64,000 nt of DNA from an uncultured virus (IMG/VR IMGVR_UViG_2568526633_000001) (IMGVR_UViG_2568526633_000001), one strand, 5' to 3'; shown: positions 1 through 11,301, numbered from the stretch's first letter. The notes: generated by a model not told the origin, from the letters alone. Numbers and translations are program-made.

Positions 1-573
1 ATGGCACAAAAAATTATCAATGTAAAACCGATTAAGTCAACAGAAGTTTTAAAAGAATTTTCAAACGAGTTGTTAAAAAATAAACATGGGCAAAGAGACT
101 ATACCATTTTTACTTTTGGGGTTTTTACGGGATTAAGAATTTCAGATATATTGAATCTGAAAGTTGAAGATGTAAAAGGTAAGTTGAAAACGGATATTAT
201 TGAACAAAAGACAGGGAAGAAAAGAACGCTTAATCTAATGCAATTAACGAATCAAATCATTAAATATCTGGATGAAGAACATGATGGGGAAAGTGAATGG
301 TTGTTTCCATCGCCTAGAGATAATACGAAACATTTGGCAAGCCATCAGTATTATAAAATCATGCAAAAAACTGCTGATTTGTTAGAGTTGGATTACGTTG
401 GTACGCATACATTAAGAAAAACATTTGCTTATTTTTATTACAAGAGAACGAAAGATTTAACCACGTTGATGAAAATTCTAAATCATAGTTCGCAAAGTGT
501 TACTTTAAAATATATAGGTATTGAAGAAGAGGAGATTCAATCAAGTCTAGATAACTTTAATCCATTTCAATAA
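1..573 (+). CDS. Small tyrosine recombinase/integrase (catalytic domain only)
   Basis: GLRISD, HTLRKT, LNHSS and TLKYIG supply the R-H-x-x-R-H-Y catalytic residues. Confidence 0.9.
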   Translation: MAQKIINVKPIKSTEVLKEFSNELLKNKHGQRDYTIFTFGVFTGLRISDILNLKVEDVKGKLKTDIIEQKTGKKRTLNLMQLTNQIIKYLDEEHDGESEWLFPSPRDNTKHLASHQYYKIMQKTADLLELDYVGTHTLRKTFAYFYYKRTKDLTTLMKILNHSSQSVTLKYIGIEEEEIQSSLDNFNPFQ

Positions 574-576
574 TCA

Positions 577-608
577 AAAAAGCACAGTCAATTAAGATTG
601 TGCTTTTT
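577..608. terminator. Bidirectional intrinsic terminator between convergent genes
   Basis: AAAAAGCACAGTC / GATTGTGCTTTTT inverted repeat with A/T tracts on both sides. Confidence 0.7.
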
Positions 609-1512
609 GTTTGGAAAATTTTTTATTAATTGTATTAAATTTTCGTTTATTGGAAAGACTGATTCGATATAAATTTATTGCATCTGTTAAATCTTTAGAC
701 TCATTTGACGAATAAATTGAATTTTTTGAGTAAGAATATTTAGTTAAATAATAGAAAAAATCAATAGGGGTAGTAATTTCTTTAGATTCATATTGATATT
801 GACTATTTTTAAAGAAATAAAGTAATTTTTGCTCTGAGGAAATATAAATAAGAATATCTTCTCGAATAAATTCAGTATTTTTGTTTACTCTATTGGAATA
901 GGATACATCTTTTAGTTTTGATTCAATAGAAGATAATACTTCTTTGGTTGGAATTACTAGAATTTCAGGAACATCTAAACTCGTTGTGAAGTAGTTATCG
1001 GTATACAACTGGTCAATATTTGAAATTTTAACAGGAAAAGAAGTAAATCTATTATTTCTAAATTGAGTAAAAAATTCCTTCTGACTATTATATCCTAGCA
1101 TGTTATGATAGTCTCTTGTTTGATTTTTTAACTTATCAGAAGACTTATACAGACGGTTACCTAAAGTAAAAACCGAGAGATACAGTTGTTTTTGTTTTTT
1201 CTCATTTGTTAATACTTGAATGCGACTTGTATAAAAACCTAACTCAATAAACAATGAAACTAGCTCTGTTTGTTTATCTAATGCTTGGATATTTTGAAAA
1301 TCATACTTATTCGTATAACAGAAGTATTTATTTGATTTCTTTTTATGAATGAGTCCATTCTGTTTTAAAGTTTTTAAACGTGATTCAAGGCTCGTCCTAT
1401 TACATTGTAGAAGTTTGACTAAAGTAGATTGATAAATACCATTACTTGCGTGGATAATTTGAAATAACTCCTCTGTGTCAATGGCTCTTATGTTGACTGT
1501 TTGTTTACTCAT
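592..1512 (-). CDS. Hypothetical protein with probable N-terminal winged helix
   Basis: ~306-aa ORF with GGAGGGAG RBS; N-terminus (LVKLLQCNRTSLESRLKTLKQNGLI) resembles a wHTH. Confidence 0.6.
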   Translation of the reverse strand: MSKQTVNIRAIDTEELFQIIHASNGIYQSTLVKLLQCNRTSLESRLKTLKQNGLIHKKKSNKYFCYTNKYDFQNIQALDKQTELVSLFIELGFYTSRIQVLTNEKKQKQLYLSVFTLGNRLYKSSDKLKNQTRDYHNMLGYNSQKEFFTQFRNNRFTSFPVKISNIDQLYTDNYFTTSLDVPEILVIPTKEVLSSIESKLKDVSYSNRVNKNTEFIREDILIYISSEQKLLYFFKNSQYQYESKEITTPIDFFYYLTKYSYSKNSIYSSNESKDLTDAINLYRISLSNKRKFNTINKKFSKQKAQS

Positions 1513-2073
1513 GTTCACTCCCTCCGATTATTTTTTCGTTTACTAGTTATAATTTTTCTACTCTTTAAACTATCCATTTTTAGTTAGATGAAGAGTAGAG
1601 TTTTCCATCAAACTTATGATGGATTTTTAGTGTTCAAAATGAATTATAAAATGGAAAATTTTTTATGGCAGCTCATGTTTTGAAAATTTTGTGGAGGTTT
1701 CCATTCGATTTTTTTGAAAAGCAGCCTCAATTTTAAAAGTTTTCAAAAAGTTCTCATCTGTTAAAAAAGTTGATTTAGCAATGTTTTAAATCATATTTTG
1801 ATGATTTCATAGAAAAAATGGATACTTAAGAGAAAATTAGATGTGCAGGGAATACGTAGGGTCCGTGAAGGCTTTATGCAACCTATGTATTCTACGAAAT
1901 GTAGGGTTAACGTAGGGGTTCATTTCTAAATAAAAAATATTAATTCTTATAAGTATCCATCTCGTAACTATCCTTTTTTACGCTCCCTATAATTCTATTA
2001 TAGCATCGTTATTTTGGTGATGGAAATTTGAACGTTATGTATAAAATTTGTTGACAAAAAATGTAATTAATAA

Positions 2074-2108
2074 CAAAACTCCTTTGATAATTTGTCAAAG
2101 GAGTTTTG
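2074..2108. terminator. Intrinsic terminator downstream of the LRR gene
   Basis: CAAAACTCCTTTGA / TCAAAGGAGTTTTG perfect 14-bp inverted repeat. Confidence 0.75.
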
Positions 2109-2111
2109 AAA

Positions 2112-2972
2112 TTAACGTGAAAACCAAGTACCATCCTGCATTTTAATACTATTGTTAGCTATTTTTGTGTTAGGATTTTTTATAGTTACTTTACTAAATT
2201 TAGTAATTGGAAAAGCTAAGCTCTCTATACTTTCTACATTTTTAGGGATAATTAATTCCCCTGAATAATTTGAATTTGCAAATGCCCCTCTACCAATTGT
2301 TTTTAGATTTTCAGGAAGTTTTAATTCTCCACGAAGCATCATAACAGTACTAAACGCATTATTACCAATATGTTCTACAGAATCAGGTAAATTTATTTCA
2401 AAAGAGGAGTATGCTTTACTAAAAATACTATCGCCAATAACCTTTAAACCATCATTGAAAACAACTGAGGTTGGTGCAGATTTTTCAAATGAAGAACTCC
2501 CTATTTCCGTCAAGAATTTTGGAAATTGTATCTTACCATTTAAATTGGTTGATTGAAAAGCATTATTTTTAATTTTTGTAACTGGGATATCATGAATCTT
2601 ATCTGGAAATACTAATGTTCCAGTCATTTTAGAATTTCCGTATAGATAATCTCCATTATAATTAGAACTCTTATCTATAGATAGCGTTCCATCTTCTAGT
2701 TGAGAAATTTCAACCCAGATTTCTGTTTCACCTGCTCTATTATTTTCACTTCTAATTTTAACGTACTTTTGTTCTTCTGTAATTTTTGGATATTGAGGGG
2801 AAGGAGTCTTTCTTGTTAAGTTACCTTCTGCTTGCTCTAAACTGTCAGTAAATATTGTCGATAAACTAGGTTTTAAAGTATCTCTAAATAGTAAATAGTT
2901 AATAGCTATAAAAATACCAAATATAATTATTGCAACAACTATAAATAGTCCTTGACTTGTTCCATTTGTCAT
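2112..2972 (-). CDS. Membrane-anchored BspA-like leucine-rich repeat (LRR_5) surface protein
   Basis: N-terminal hydrophobic helix; repeated LPxSVxxIGxxAF-type units; AAAGGAGG RBS. Confidence 0.8.
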   Translation of the reverse strand: MTNGTSQGLFIVVAIIIFGIFIAINYLLFRDTLKPSLSTIFTDSLEQAEGNLTRKTPSPQYPKITEEQKYVKIRSENNRAGETEIWVEISQLEDGTLSIDKSSNYNGDYLYGNSKMTGTLVFPDKIHDIPVTKIKNNAFQSTNLNGKIQFPKFLTEIGSSSFEKSAPTSVVFNDGLKVIGDSIFSKAYSSFEINLPDSVEHIGNNAFSTVMMLRGELKLPENLKTIGRGAFANSNYSGELIIPKNVESIESLAFPITKFSKVTIKNPNTKIANNSIKMQDGTWFSR

Positions 2973-3319
2973 AAAAAATGACCTCCTTTTTGTTATTTTA
3001 TTGTAGTATAAATTATAGCAAGTACTTATCAGAAATCAATTTTATAGAGTGTTTTTAATTTTGCTTATTCCTTTATTATAAGAGCTTTTGTGGTGTTTTC
3101 TGAATAATAATAGAAAAGTAAAGGCACAAGTGATTTACTCGACAACTTCTTATCAGGATGTAATAATATAAGTATCTTGACGATAACCATTTTAAATAAC
3201 CTCTATATTTAAATGCGTTTCAAATACCGTAGCATTGAAAGAATGTTACGGTATTTTTTATAGGTAAAATAGGTATTTTAAAATAAACTAAAATTTATAA
3301 AAGAAGGGAGGAAACTATT

Positions 3320-3892
3320 ATGACAAAAATAATTGGATACATTCGGACTAGTAAGAATAATCAAAACTTAGGAGTAGAGGTTCAAAAAGAAGCTCTTAAT
3401 CGTTATGCAATTGATTCTTTTTTCGTTGAACAAGTGAGTGGTCGGAAAGAAAATAGAAAAGAGCTAAATAAAGTTCTGAATATTTTAGAAGCAGGGGATA
3501 CGTTAATTATTTATAAGATAGATAGGTTAGGGCGTTCCACGAAACAACTTGTAAATATCATGAGTGAACTGCAAGAAAAAGGTATCAATTTAATTAGCAT
3601 TAAAGAAAATATAGATACATCGACACCTATGGGAAAAGTAATATTTACAATACTTTCAGCGATTGCTGAACTTGAAGCAGACTATATATCTGAACGAACC
3701 AAAGAAGCATTAGCTGTCCTTAAAGACAACGGTGTTCAATTAGGGAACAAAGGATTAGACCAAAGAACGATTCATAAAATTAAAAAGTTATATGTAGAAA
3801 CAGATTTAACGCAAAAAGAAATTGCAGAAAAATGTGACGTTTGTGTTAAAACAGTATATAATATAAAAAAACGGTATCAGTTAACCAGATGA
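3320..3892 (+). CDS. Small serine recombinase (resolvase/invertase) with C-terminal HTH
   Basis: GYIRTS catalytic Ser, SGRK, DRLGRS, C-terminal TQKEIAEKCDVCVKTVY HTH. Confidence 0.92.
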   Translation: MTKIIGYIRTSKNNQNLGVEVQKEALNRYAIDSFFVEQVSGRKENRKELNKVLNILEAGDTLIIYKIDRLGRSTKQLVNIMSELQEKGINLISIKENIDTSTPMGKVIFTILSAIAELEADYISERTKEALAVLKDNGVQLGNKGLDQRTIHKIKKLYVETDLTQKEIAEKCDVCVKTVYNIKKRYQLTR

Positions 3893-4091
3893 TGGTTTCA
3901 TCACTATATAGAATCTGATATAATGATTGCCGGTAATGAACGTTCGTTTGTTACCTATGAAGCACAAAAAAATATAAATACATAGAATGGTTGATAAATC
4001 TGAATTTTTGTATTCGGAAATATCAGCTTTTTTTGTTTGTTTTTAACGAACGTTTGATTCACGCAGCAAAAGAAGAGAAAGGATTGAAAAA

Positions 4092-4316
4092 ATGGCATTA
4101 AAAGATGGGGTAAAAATAATTATTCAAGATGCAGTAGAAGTTCCCGATAAAGATGAAAGTGGTTGTCTGGTTGGGTGTATTAGCTGGTTAATTGGGTTTG
4201 CAATTATTATAGGTATCTTAATTTTAGGATTTAAATTTTTGATGAATCATCCGATTTTCTTGTTTTGTTTTATCGCAGTAGCGTTGTTCATTGGTGTGAA
4301 AGTAAATAAAAAATAA
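4092..4316 (+). CDS. Small membrane protein
   Basis: Two hydrophobic segments, RBS present. Confidence 0.6.
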   Translation: MALKDGVKIIIQDAVEVPDKDESGCLVGCISWLIGFAIIIGILILGFKFLMNHPIFLFCFIAVALFIGVKVNKK

Positions 4317-4324
4317 CAGGAGAG

Positions 4325-5758
4325 GTGAATAAAATGAAAAAATGGGTAAAAATGGCAAGTCTTGGCTTACTATTATTTAGTGTGTTAGGTGCGTGTGGGA
4401 AAGTGCAAGATACTAAAGATAGTAAAGAAGTTCAATCATCCACAGTAGAATCAACAACCCATACTAAAGAAAAAGAATCAATTATTCAATCAAAAACAGC
4501 GACAGATTACGATACGATTTATGTTCAAAATGAACTAGTAATCGGTCAAACTGGAGATGACAGTTCGTATAATTGGACAATTTATGATACATCATTAAAG
4601 GAAAAAAATTCCATTTTAAATGCTGATAAGAAACGAGATGAACTGGCACATTCCTTGAAAACAGGTTATTCAAAAAAGGTAAATGGAACAGCAGTAATAG
4701 AAAATAATGTGAATGAATATGAAATTTATTCTACTTATTTAGATGAAAATGCTGAACTGGCAAAGACTAGTTTAGGAGAACGAACAGTTGATAATGATGT
4801 GTCAATAAATACATTAACTTCTGGGAAATATGAAATTATTCCTTATCGTGATTGGTCAGGAGTTACAATTAATTATTTAGCTAACGGATATAGAGAAAAG
4901 AGATTTTCAACCGCACATGGTAGTATGTCAGGCGATATAAATAAAAATGGCCATTTCACACTTCTGGACCAAATGAATGATAGCAAGACAGTTAATGATA
5001 CTTCTGTTCAGATTTATGATGCAAAATTGAAAGACAGTGGTGATAGCCGTAGTGGTGAAAAAGATATAGCCACTAAAACAATCAATACAGTCAAATTAGA
5101 TACAGCAACAAATATAAACGATAAAAATCGTCTATTTATCAGACAGTATACAAGTGGTTTAGTTGATGACCCTGCGATTTGGACATTTTATGATTTAGAT
5201 TCTGGTACAAGTTACAATTATCCATCAAATATAGAAATTGTTAAATTTGTTGATTATGGCATTGAAACACCAATTGGTGACGGTGAATTTTTAGGAGATA
5301 TTGGTGAAGCAGAAAACTATGTTTTTGAAGATTTAAATGAAAAAGTAACACCTGATGGCTCGACCCCATCTAGTATTGATTTTACATCAAGAAAAAAAGG
5401 GATTATTTCATCCGATGGAACAGTAATAAAAGAACCGTTCGCTTTTGAAATTAAGAAACCGAACATCAATGGAATTGCTCCTTATAAACTAGAAAAAGAG
5501 GACAAGTATGGACTAATAAACGTAAATACTGGTGAAATTATCAAAGAGCCATTTGCTTATAACATTCAACAATATAACGACAATGGATTATCAGCAATGA
5601 CAGAATCTGAAGATGGGAAATATAGTATTATTGATGAAAAAGGGAATATATTAGAAGAAACAGAATATATTTATATATCTCCCTTAACAAATGACAATCT
5701 AGCCAGTTGTCGAGAAAAGGCAAATGAAAGTTTAGGCGTGTTGAAAGTTAATGGATAA
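4325..5758 (+). CDS. Lipoprotein with C-terminal WG-type repeats
   Basis: Lipobox LGAC after a signal peptide; KYGLIN/KYSIID-GxII repeats. Confidence 0.75.
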   Translation: MNKMKKWVKMASLGLLLFSVLGACGKVQDTKDSKEVQSSTVESTTHTKEKESIIQSKTATDYDTIYVQNELVIGQTGDDSSYNWTIYDTSLKEKNSILNADKKRDELAHSLKTGYSKKVNGTAVIENNVNEYEIYSTYLDENAELAKTSLGERTVDNDVSINTLTSGKYEIIPYRDWSGVTINYLANGYREKRFSTAHGSMSGDINKNGHFTLLDQMNDSKTVNDTSVQIYDAKLKDSGDSRSGEKDIATKTINTVKLDTATNINDKNRLFIRQYTSGLVDDPAIWTFYDLDSGTSYNYPSNIEIVKFVDYGIETPIGDGEFLGDIGEAENYVFEDLNEKVTPDGSTPSSIDFTSRKKGIISSDGTVIKEPFAFEIKKPNINGIAPYKLEKEDKYGLINVNTGEIIKEPFAYNIQQYNDNGLSAMTESEDGKYSIIDEKGNILEETEYIYISPLTNDNLASCREKANESLGVLKVNG

Positions 5759-5987
5759 ATTAGTTCAGAAAAAATATGTCCTTCATAAAGTGAAAAGGAC
5801 TTTCTATAAAGCAAATATGACGATTTCACAGATAGTCGTAAACAGTATAGCCAATGAATTATATAAAGAGTTTACCAAGTGTTCAGAAAAAGAGCAGGAA
5901 GGTTTATTAGTATCTGATGAACTTGTGAAGTTACTTTGGGATAAACATGTGATAACAAAAGAAAAAGAATTATTAAAAGAGATATGA
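5751..5987 (+). CDS. Hypothetical protein
   Basis: 78-aa ORF overlapping the upstream stop, followed by a terminator. Confidence 0.55.
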   Translation: MDKLVQKKYVLHKVKRTFYKANMTISQIVVNSIANELYKEFTKCSEKEQEGLLVSDELVKLLWDKHVITKEKELLKEI

Positions 5988-6009
5988 TTTTATTCATGTC
6001 TCTTTTTTT
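5975..6009 (+). terminator. Intrinsic terminator
   Basis: AAAAGAGATATGA / TCATGTCTCTTTT followed by a T-run. Confidence 0.7.
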
Positions 6010-6461
6010 GTAAAAAATTTATCTTAAAATTTTTGTAAAAAGTCACTTAAAAAATAACCCTCGAAAAAGTCAATAAAATCAAGGGTTTTCTCTTTGTTGA
6101 CAAAATCAATAGATTGTTGTTATATCAACGTTTTAAAGTGTTATTTTTCAAAAAACACCTCTCAAACGCCACGAAAAAATTTTTGTGGGTAATTCTACGC
6201 TTAAATGAATCTGAGAGGTGTTTTTTAGTATGTAGATAGATTTAAAATTTGAAAAAATACCGATATATCAGCTTTTTTTTAAGATTTTACTGTTTCTAAT
6301 AAAGTGCTAGGAAAATAGGAGATAGCAAAATGAAATTTCTGATAAAAATATACTACTTATTTTTTAGTGTCCAATTGTGACAGAATTACTTTACTTCAGA
6401 TTGAAATGATGATATAGTCCGGCAACAATGATTAATAAAATAATTAATGGAGGATAAATAT

Positions 6462-6731
6462 ATGAATGCAAAAAAATTAACAGAAGAGGAATTGATTGAG
6501 AAACAAGAAAAGGTAAAAGCTTTGCTACATATCTTAGATAAAATTTACGGAGTTAAAATGACTGTGTTTTCTAAGGCAATCGGTATTCATAACCAAAATT
6601 TGCACAATTTCAGGAAAGGAAAACGAGGTCTATCAGAAGAAAAAACAATATTATTGGAAAAAGTAATCGTCTTAAAATACGGCAGATTATTAATGTTGGA
6701 GGATAGTGAACATGAAGTGTTATCTAAGTAG
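6462..6731 (+). CDS. Small HTH (XRE-like) DNA-binding protein
   Basis: FSKAIGIHNQNLHNFRKGKRGLS HTH pattern; GGAGG RBS. Confidence 0.65.
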   Translation: MNAKKLTEEELIEKQEKVKALLHILDKIYGVKMTVFSKAIGIHNQNLHNFRKGKRGLSEEKTILLEKVIVLKYGRLLMLEDSEHEVLSK

Positions 6732-8580
6732 TATTAAAAATAGTGAAAAACCTAATTCATCAATGGTTAAAGCAATTTCAACTACAATTTTAAAAGAATT
6801 AGTAGATATCTCTTTAGAAGAGCTTGCGATTGAGATTTCTGAAGAAGGAAAAACTGTTGTTTTATCAGAATTATCGGAACAAAAATTATCAAAATATACG
6901 CCAATTGTTGGTCAAGAAATTATTATGTTAGATTTTGATAATAAAGACGAAAATAATCAGTATACTATTGCTGACTTAGAACAAGATACATTTATGTTAG
7001 AAAATGCTTGTTTTATCTATCGGACTTTTAGTGATGATGATTCTAATGTAGATAAATTTAGAGTTGTCTTTCATTTAGATAAATTAATAACTATGAATTC
7101 TGAGATAGAAGAGATATATAGAAGATTATTTGAAATGTATCCACAAGCAGACAGGAGTGTTGGACAAACAAGTAGAATGTTTTTTGGAAGTAATAAAGGA
7201 TACGAAGTGATTGATTGGGATAATAACTTGGATACTTCAAAATTGTTAGAGCCAACAAATACAGATATTTATAAAGGTATAGAAGCTATAAGTGGTGAAA
7301 TGATTGATAATTCTATACCGAATTATGAATTATTAAAATTAGGTAGACTTGATATTGTGAAAGAAAAGCTAGGAGACAATTATAAACAAGAATTTCCTGA
7401 CGATTACAATGCAATGAACTACTTTAAATCGTTAGATATGAGAGAGTTTCTTGAATTATCCGATGAGAATCCTTTTTATGATATTTTTCATGAAGAGACA
7501 GAACCTAGTGCATCAGTATTTTATGCTGAAAAATATGGGATATTCTTATATAAATGTTTTAGTGAAAGTCATCCTTATTGTGGGAATATTATTTCTTTAC
7601 TAGAACGATATTTAAAAATATCTTCAATTGAAGTAGTTAACTTACTAGTAGAAATTAGTAGTTCAAAAGTAACAAATACATCGAAATTAGGACAAAGTAA
7701 ATTTAACGCCCAAAAATTTAAAAAAGAATTACAGTCAGGAGAATTAGAAGAAAACTATCCTGAATTATATAAATACTTTAGTAGATACCAAGTAGAAATT
7801 CCTATTATTTTAGATTTTATGTATGACTATGTATATACTGACGAGAATGGAGAGTTACGGTATTTAAATTATTATAGTATTAACAATTTAGCTAAGCAAT
7901 TAGCTAAAGCTACCAATAAAAAGAAAATAAGTATTGATAGGACAAGACAAATTCTTTATCATATGATTGTTACTGAGATTGTTAAAAAGAAACCAGAAGC
8001 AGAAATTCCTGAAAATATATTTAATAATTTGATATTGGAACAAAAGAAAGATTGCACTAAGCTAAGAACGAGTAATATCTATGAACCGACAAATTTGACA
8101 GATGAAAACACAGCAGTTAGTGAAGGAATAGCCAAGGTTTTGAGGGAAAATAAAGTAACGGTTGGTAGTCTAAGTTACGAGTTAGTATATAGATTATTTG
8201 GTGAAGAAAAAGCGTATCAAGATTTTCCACAATCCTATGAACCACTTATTCAACGAAAAATGATTAAAATGAGTAAAACCAATAGTAATATAAGTCAAGC
8301 AAGTGAGAAGTTAGAAAACACAGCTGTTAAAATTATCATGAACGAGATAGAAAAAAAAGGATATGTATACGAAAAAGATGTTATTTCTAAGTTAGCCAAA
8401 GCGAGAAGGTTGAAAATAAACGATACTAAGAGAAAATTCCAGAAAATTCGAGTAGATGTATACAATAAATATGATTTAGAAAGAGAGAGATTAACAAAAG
8501 AGTTATATCAAAAATTTAACATCCAAGAGAGCTACACATCTAAAGTTGTTATTTATAAAAGAGATATTCTAGGCAGATAG
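6712..8580 (+). CDS. Putative replication protein with N-terminal AEP primase-polymerase-like domain
   Basis: MLDFD (hhhDhD), YRTFS and KFRVVF motifs; followed by a repeat-rich AT-rich non-coding region. Confidence 0.6.
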   Translation: MKCYLSSIKNSEKPNSSMVKAISTTILKELVDISLEELAIEISEEGKTVVLSELSEQKLSKYTPIVGQEIIMLDFDNKDENNQYTIADLEQDTFMLENACFIYRTFSDDDSNVDKFRVVFHLDKLITMNSEIEEIYRRLFEMYPQADRSVGQTSRMFFGSNKGYEVIDWDNNLDTSKLLEPTNTDIYKGIEAISGEMIDNSIPNYELLKLGRLDIVKEKLGDNYKQEFPDDYNAMNYFKSLDMREFLELSDENPFYDIFHEETEPSASVFYAEKYGIFLYKCFSESHPYCGNIISLLERYLKISSIEVVNLLVEISSSKVTNTSKLGQSKFNAQKFKKELQSGELEENYPELYKYFSRYQVEIPIILDFMYDYVYTDENGELRYLNYYSINNLAKQLAKATNKKKISIDRTRQILYHMIVTEIVKKKPEAEIPENIFNNLILEQKKDCTKLRTSNIYEPTNLTDENTAVSEGIAKVLRENKVTVGSLSYELVYRLFGEEKAYQDFPQSYEPLIQRKMIKMSKTNSNISQASEKLENTAVKIIMNEIEKKGYVYEKDVISKLAKARRLKINDTKRKFQKIRVDVYNKYDLERERLTKELYQKFNIQESYTSKVVIYKRDILGR

Positions 8581-8740
8581 TGAGAGTACTATCTGTCTTT
8601 TCTATTATTAAATATAAACAATAAAGAATAATTTCTATACATAAAGAATATTATCTCTTTTTGTATTTATTCAAAATTGCGTATCGAACTAAGAAAATCC
8701 TTATCGTTTACCCCTAGAAATATTGATGAAATTGATAGAA

Positions 8741-8882
8741 ATCATTTGATACCTCTATAAGGAATATTCCCTCTAGAGGTATCAAACGAGGAGGTCTATA
8801 AAAGCCAATAAAATCAATAGTAAACTACCTGTTTTTTCTAAGGTCAATACGCACTTTTTATATTCCCTCTAGAGGTATCAAA
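8741..8882. repeat. 42-bp near-palindrome plus 23-bp direct repeat (putative origin/iterons)
   Basis: TTTGATACCTCTA (8745) / TAGAGGTATCAAA (8774) around GGAATATTCC; ATATTCCCTCTAGAGGTATCAAA at 8764 and 8860. Confidence 0.8.
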
Positions 8883-8889
8883 TGATGAG

Positions 8890-10330
8890 ATTCATAAAAG
8901 TCAATAAAACTAGGGAAAAACTACCCATTTTCACACATATAAATACTCAAAAACTTATTTACACTAAAGAATAGTGTGATATAAATAACTGCAAAACGTT
9001 GATATATATGTGTTTGTATTTTTGAGTTTCAGCAAGATTGAATCTTGCTTACTTAATAGATGTGCTTATGTTTAGTAATATAGCTAAAATTTGCTCTCTC
9101 TATTTCCTAATATAACAAGTTAGTGGTAATTAATCATGAATTGTAGTTTGAATATCCTTTAGGGAATCAGCCTTAAACATCATCATATCATTAATATATC
9201 TTTAATGATATATTTTTTTCTATATTAAATGTCTAGGTGTTTAAATACATTTTAAACAGTCTGCTTTCATCCCTTAGTGTCTTGAAAATGATTTTCGACT
9301 AATTATACATAAAAATTTATAATCGCTTAAAACACAATTTAAGCAGCATAAAATTGATTTTGAATTTTATGCAAAGAAATTACTAATGATTTTTAATAGT
9401 CAATAAGATTTGAGAAGTATTAATCTATAATTTGACCATCAGAATTCATTTTTTCAATTTCAACTATTTGTTGTTCATAGAATGGCGAGGTAGCTATTTT
9501 AATCTTTTTATCTGTTGAAATCGTTAAAGAAGAAATATAATGAGGAGTTACTGCCACTTTAGCAGATGTTTCTGACAACGTAATTAATAATGATTGATTG
9601 TCGCCAAAAGTAGTATATTCAGAAACAATAGCAACTAATCCATCTTTATCTGTTAGTATCGACAAATAATTAGGAGCTTCGATAATCCATCCAAATTGCA
9701 TCTTGTGAGTATTCATTATATGTTCCAACTCTCTATTTGTTTTTTTGTTAGTATAAGTATAATAGTAACTTAAAAAAAGAAAAAGTGAGAGATAAGAAAA
9801 TCTTTATAGTTTATCTCTAGAAACACTGATAAAAACGGTAGAATAATAAAATTCAATAAAATCTAGGGTAATCTACCTGTTTTCATACATATCTTTACGC
9901 AAAAAAACTATTTACATAGATAATTGTGTGAAAAACAGCTGTAAAAAATTGATATATTAGTATTTATTTTTATAGTGCCAGCAAGGTACATCTTGCTTAC
10001 TTAATAACACTGCCTAGGTTTAGTAAAATAGCTAAAATTTACTCTCTATCAGTGATTATGTATTTTTATATATAACGAAACGCTATGTTTCTATCTTTTT
10101 AATTCAGTAAATGAAAGTACTTAGAAAATCTATATGAACCTATATCTAACAACAATATACATAATCTTATATAAAATGAAGCAATGGATTTTTTTGAATA
10201 ATAAAATAACTTGCAACGTATTTTAAATAGCCTGTATTATCTCTAGAGAGTGTTAGAAATCATTTTCGATAAATTATACATAAAAATTTAAAACGTCTTA
10301 GAACGAAAAAAAGCAGCATATAATCGATTG
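8890..10330. repeat. Long imperfect direct duplication (~8890-9360 vs ~9845-10330) flanking a small ORF
   Basis: Shared blocks include ATCTTGCTTACTTAATA, GTTTAGTAA-ATAGCTAAAATTT and AATTATACATAAAAATTTA. Confidence 0.75.
9420..9728 (-). CDS. Hypothetical protein
   Basis: 102-aa ORF in AT-rich DNA. Confidence 0.45.
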   Translation of the reverse strand: MEHIMNTHKMQFGWIIEAPNYLSILTDKDGLVAIVSEYTTFGDNQSLLITLSETSAKVAVTPHYISSLTISTDKKIKIATSPFYEQQIVEIEKMNSDGQIID

Positions 10331-10707
10331 TAGAAATCTATAAAATATTTTTAAACTTTCAAATGCTAAAATGACTTTATGAATAGTATTTTAAAACATA
10401 ATCTGATGGAAAGATAAAAATTTTACTTATACCAGTTTTAGAATTTGAAAAACTATATGTAAAGTTTGATATAATAACAATTTGTTGATTTTGTTAATAG
10501 GTATACCCCCCTTCATTTTATTGACTTTTGAAGGGGGGAACTTTTTTAAGTATATTTTGACAATGTTTTTGAGATAAAAAAGAAGATAAAAGGAGTATTA
10601 ATGAATAGAGAATATTTACATATGAAATATATATTTAAAATAAGTTGACTATAATGATTTTTGATGATAGTCTTCTGGACCAATTATAGTGAATGGAGGC
10701 TATTATT

Positions 10708-10923
10708 ATGAACGGAACAGTAACTATCATTTCCAATAATTTAAGCTATAAACAAGCAATATTTTCTTTATTAGCACTTAACTCATTGCCGGAAGATTTT
10801 ATAGGAAATCAGGTATATCGTGATACCGTAGAAAAAATTATTGCTCAAACTTTAGATAGCTTAGAAAATGAGCTAACTATTATAGAATCACTACCTAATA
10901 TTGAAGGTAGTACTTATTTTTAG
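10708..10923 (+). CDS. Hypothetical protein
   Basis: GGAGG RBS, ~71 aa. Confidence 0.55.
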   Translation: MNGTVTIISNNLSYKQAIFSLLALNSLPEDFIGNQVYRDTVEKIIAQTLDSLENELTIIESLPNIEGSTYF

Positions 10924-10999
10924 ATAATTAAAACATTGTAGTTGATTTATAGATATTTATAGATATACTGATTATTGATAAAAGAGGATGATATTAATT

Positions 11000-11221
11000 A
11001 TGAGTAGAAAACGAGATTATAGATATATTGAAAAAGAGTTTCATCAACTAATGAAAAAGAAATATTATCCAAAACAACACAATCAAAAATTACAATTATT
11101 GATGGATGAATTAAAAAAAAATTATGATTTTTCAATTTATACAGAAGATACTTCAAGAGCAATTGCTTTGCATTATCATATGTCTCAAAAATTTCAAACG
11201 GATAAACCTAGTCTATTTTAG
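11000..11221 (+). CDS. Hypothetical protein
   Basis: AAGAGG RBS, ~73 aa. Confidence 0.5.
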   Translation: MSRKRDYRYIEKEFHQLMKKKYYPKQHNQKLQLLMDELKKNYDFSIYTEDTSRAIALHYHMSQKFQTDKPSLF

Positions 11222-11301
11222 ATTAGGTTTTTTTATTATCCAAAACTGGCTTAAAAACTGTTATAATAGTAAAGTATGACAATGATTAGGAGGAATTATT
11301 A

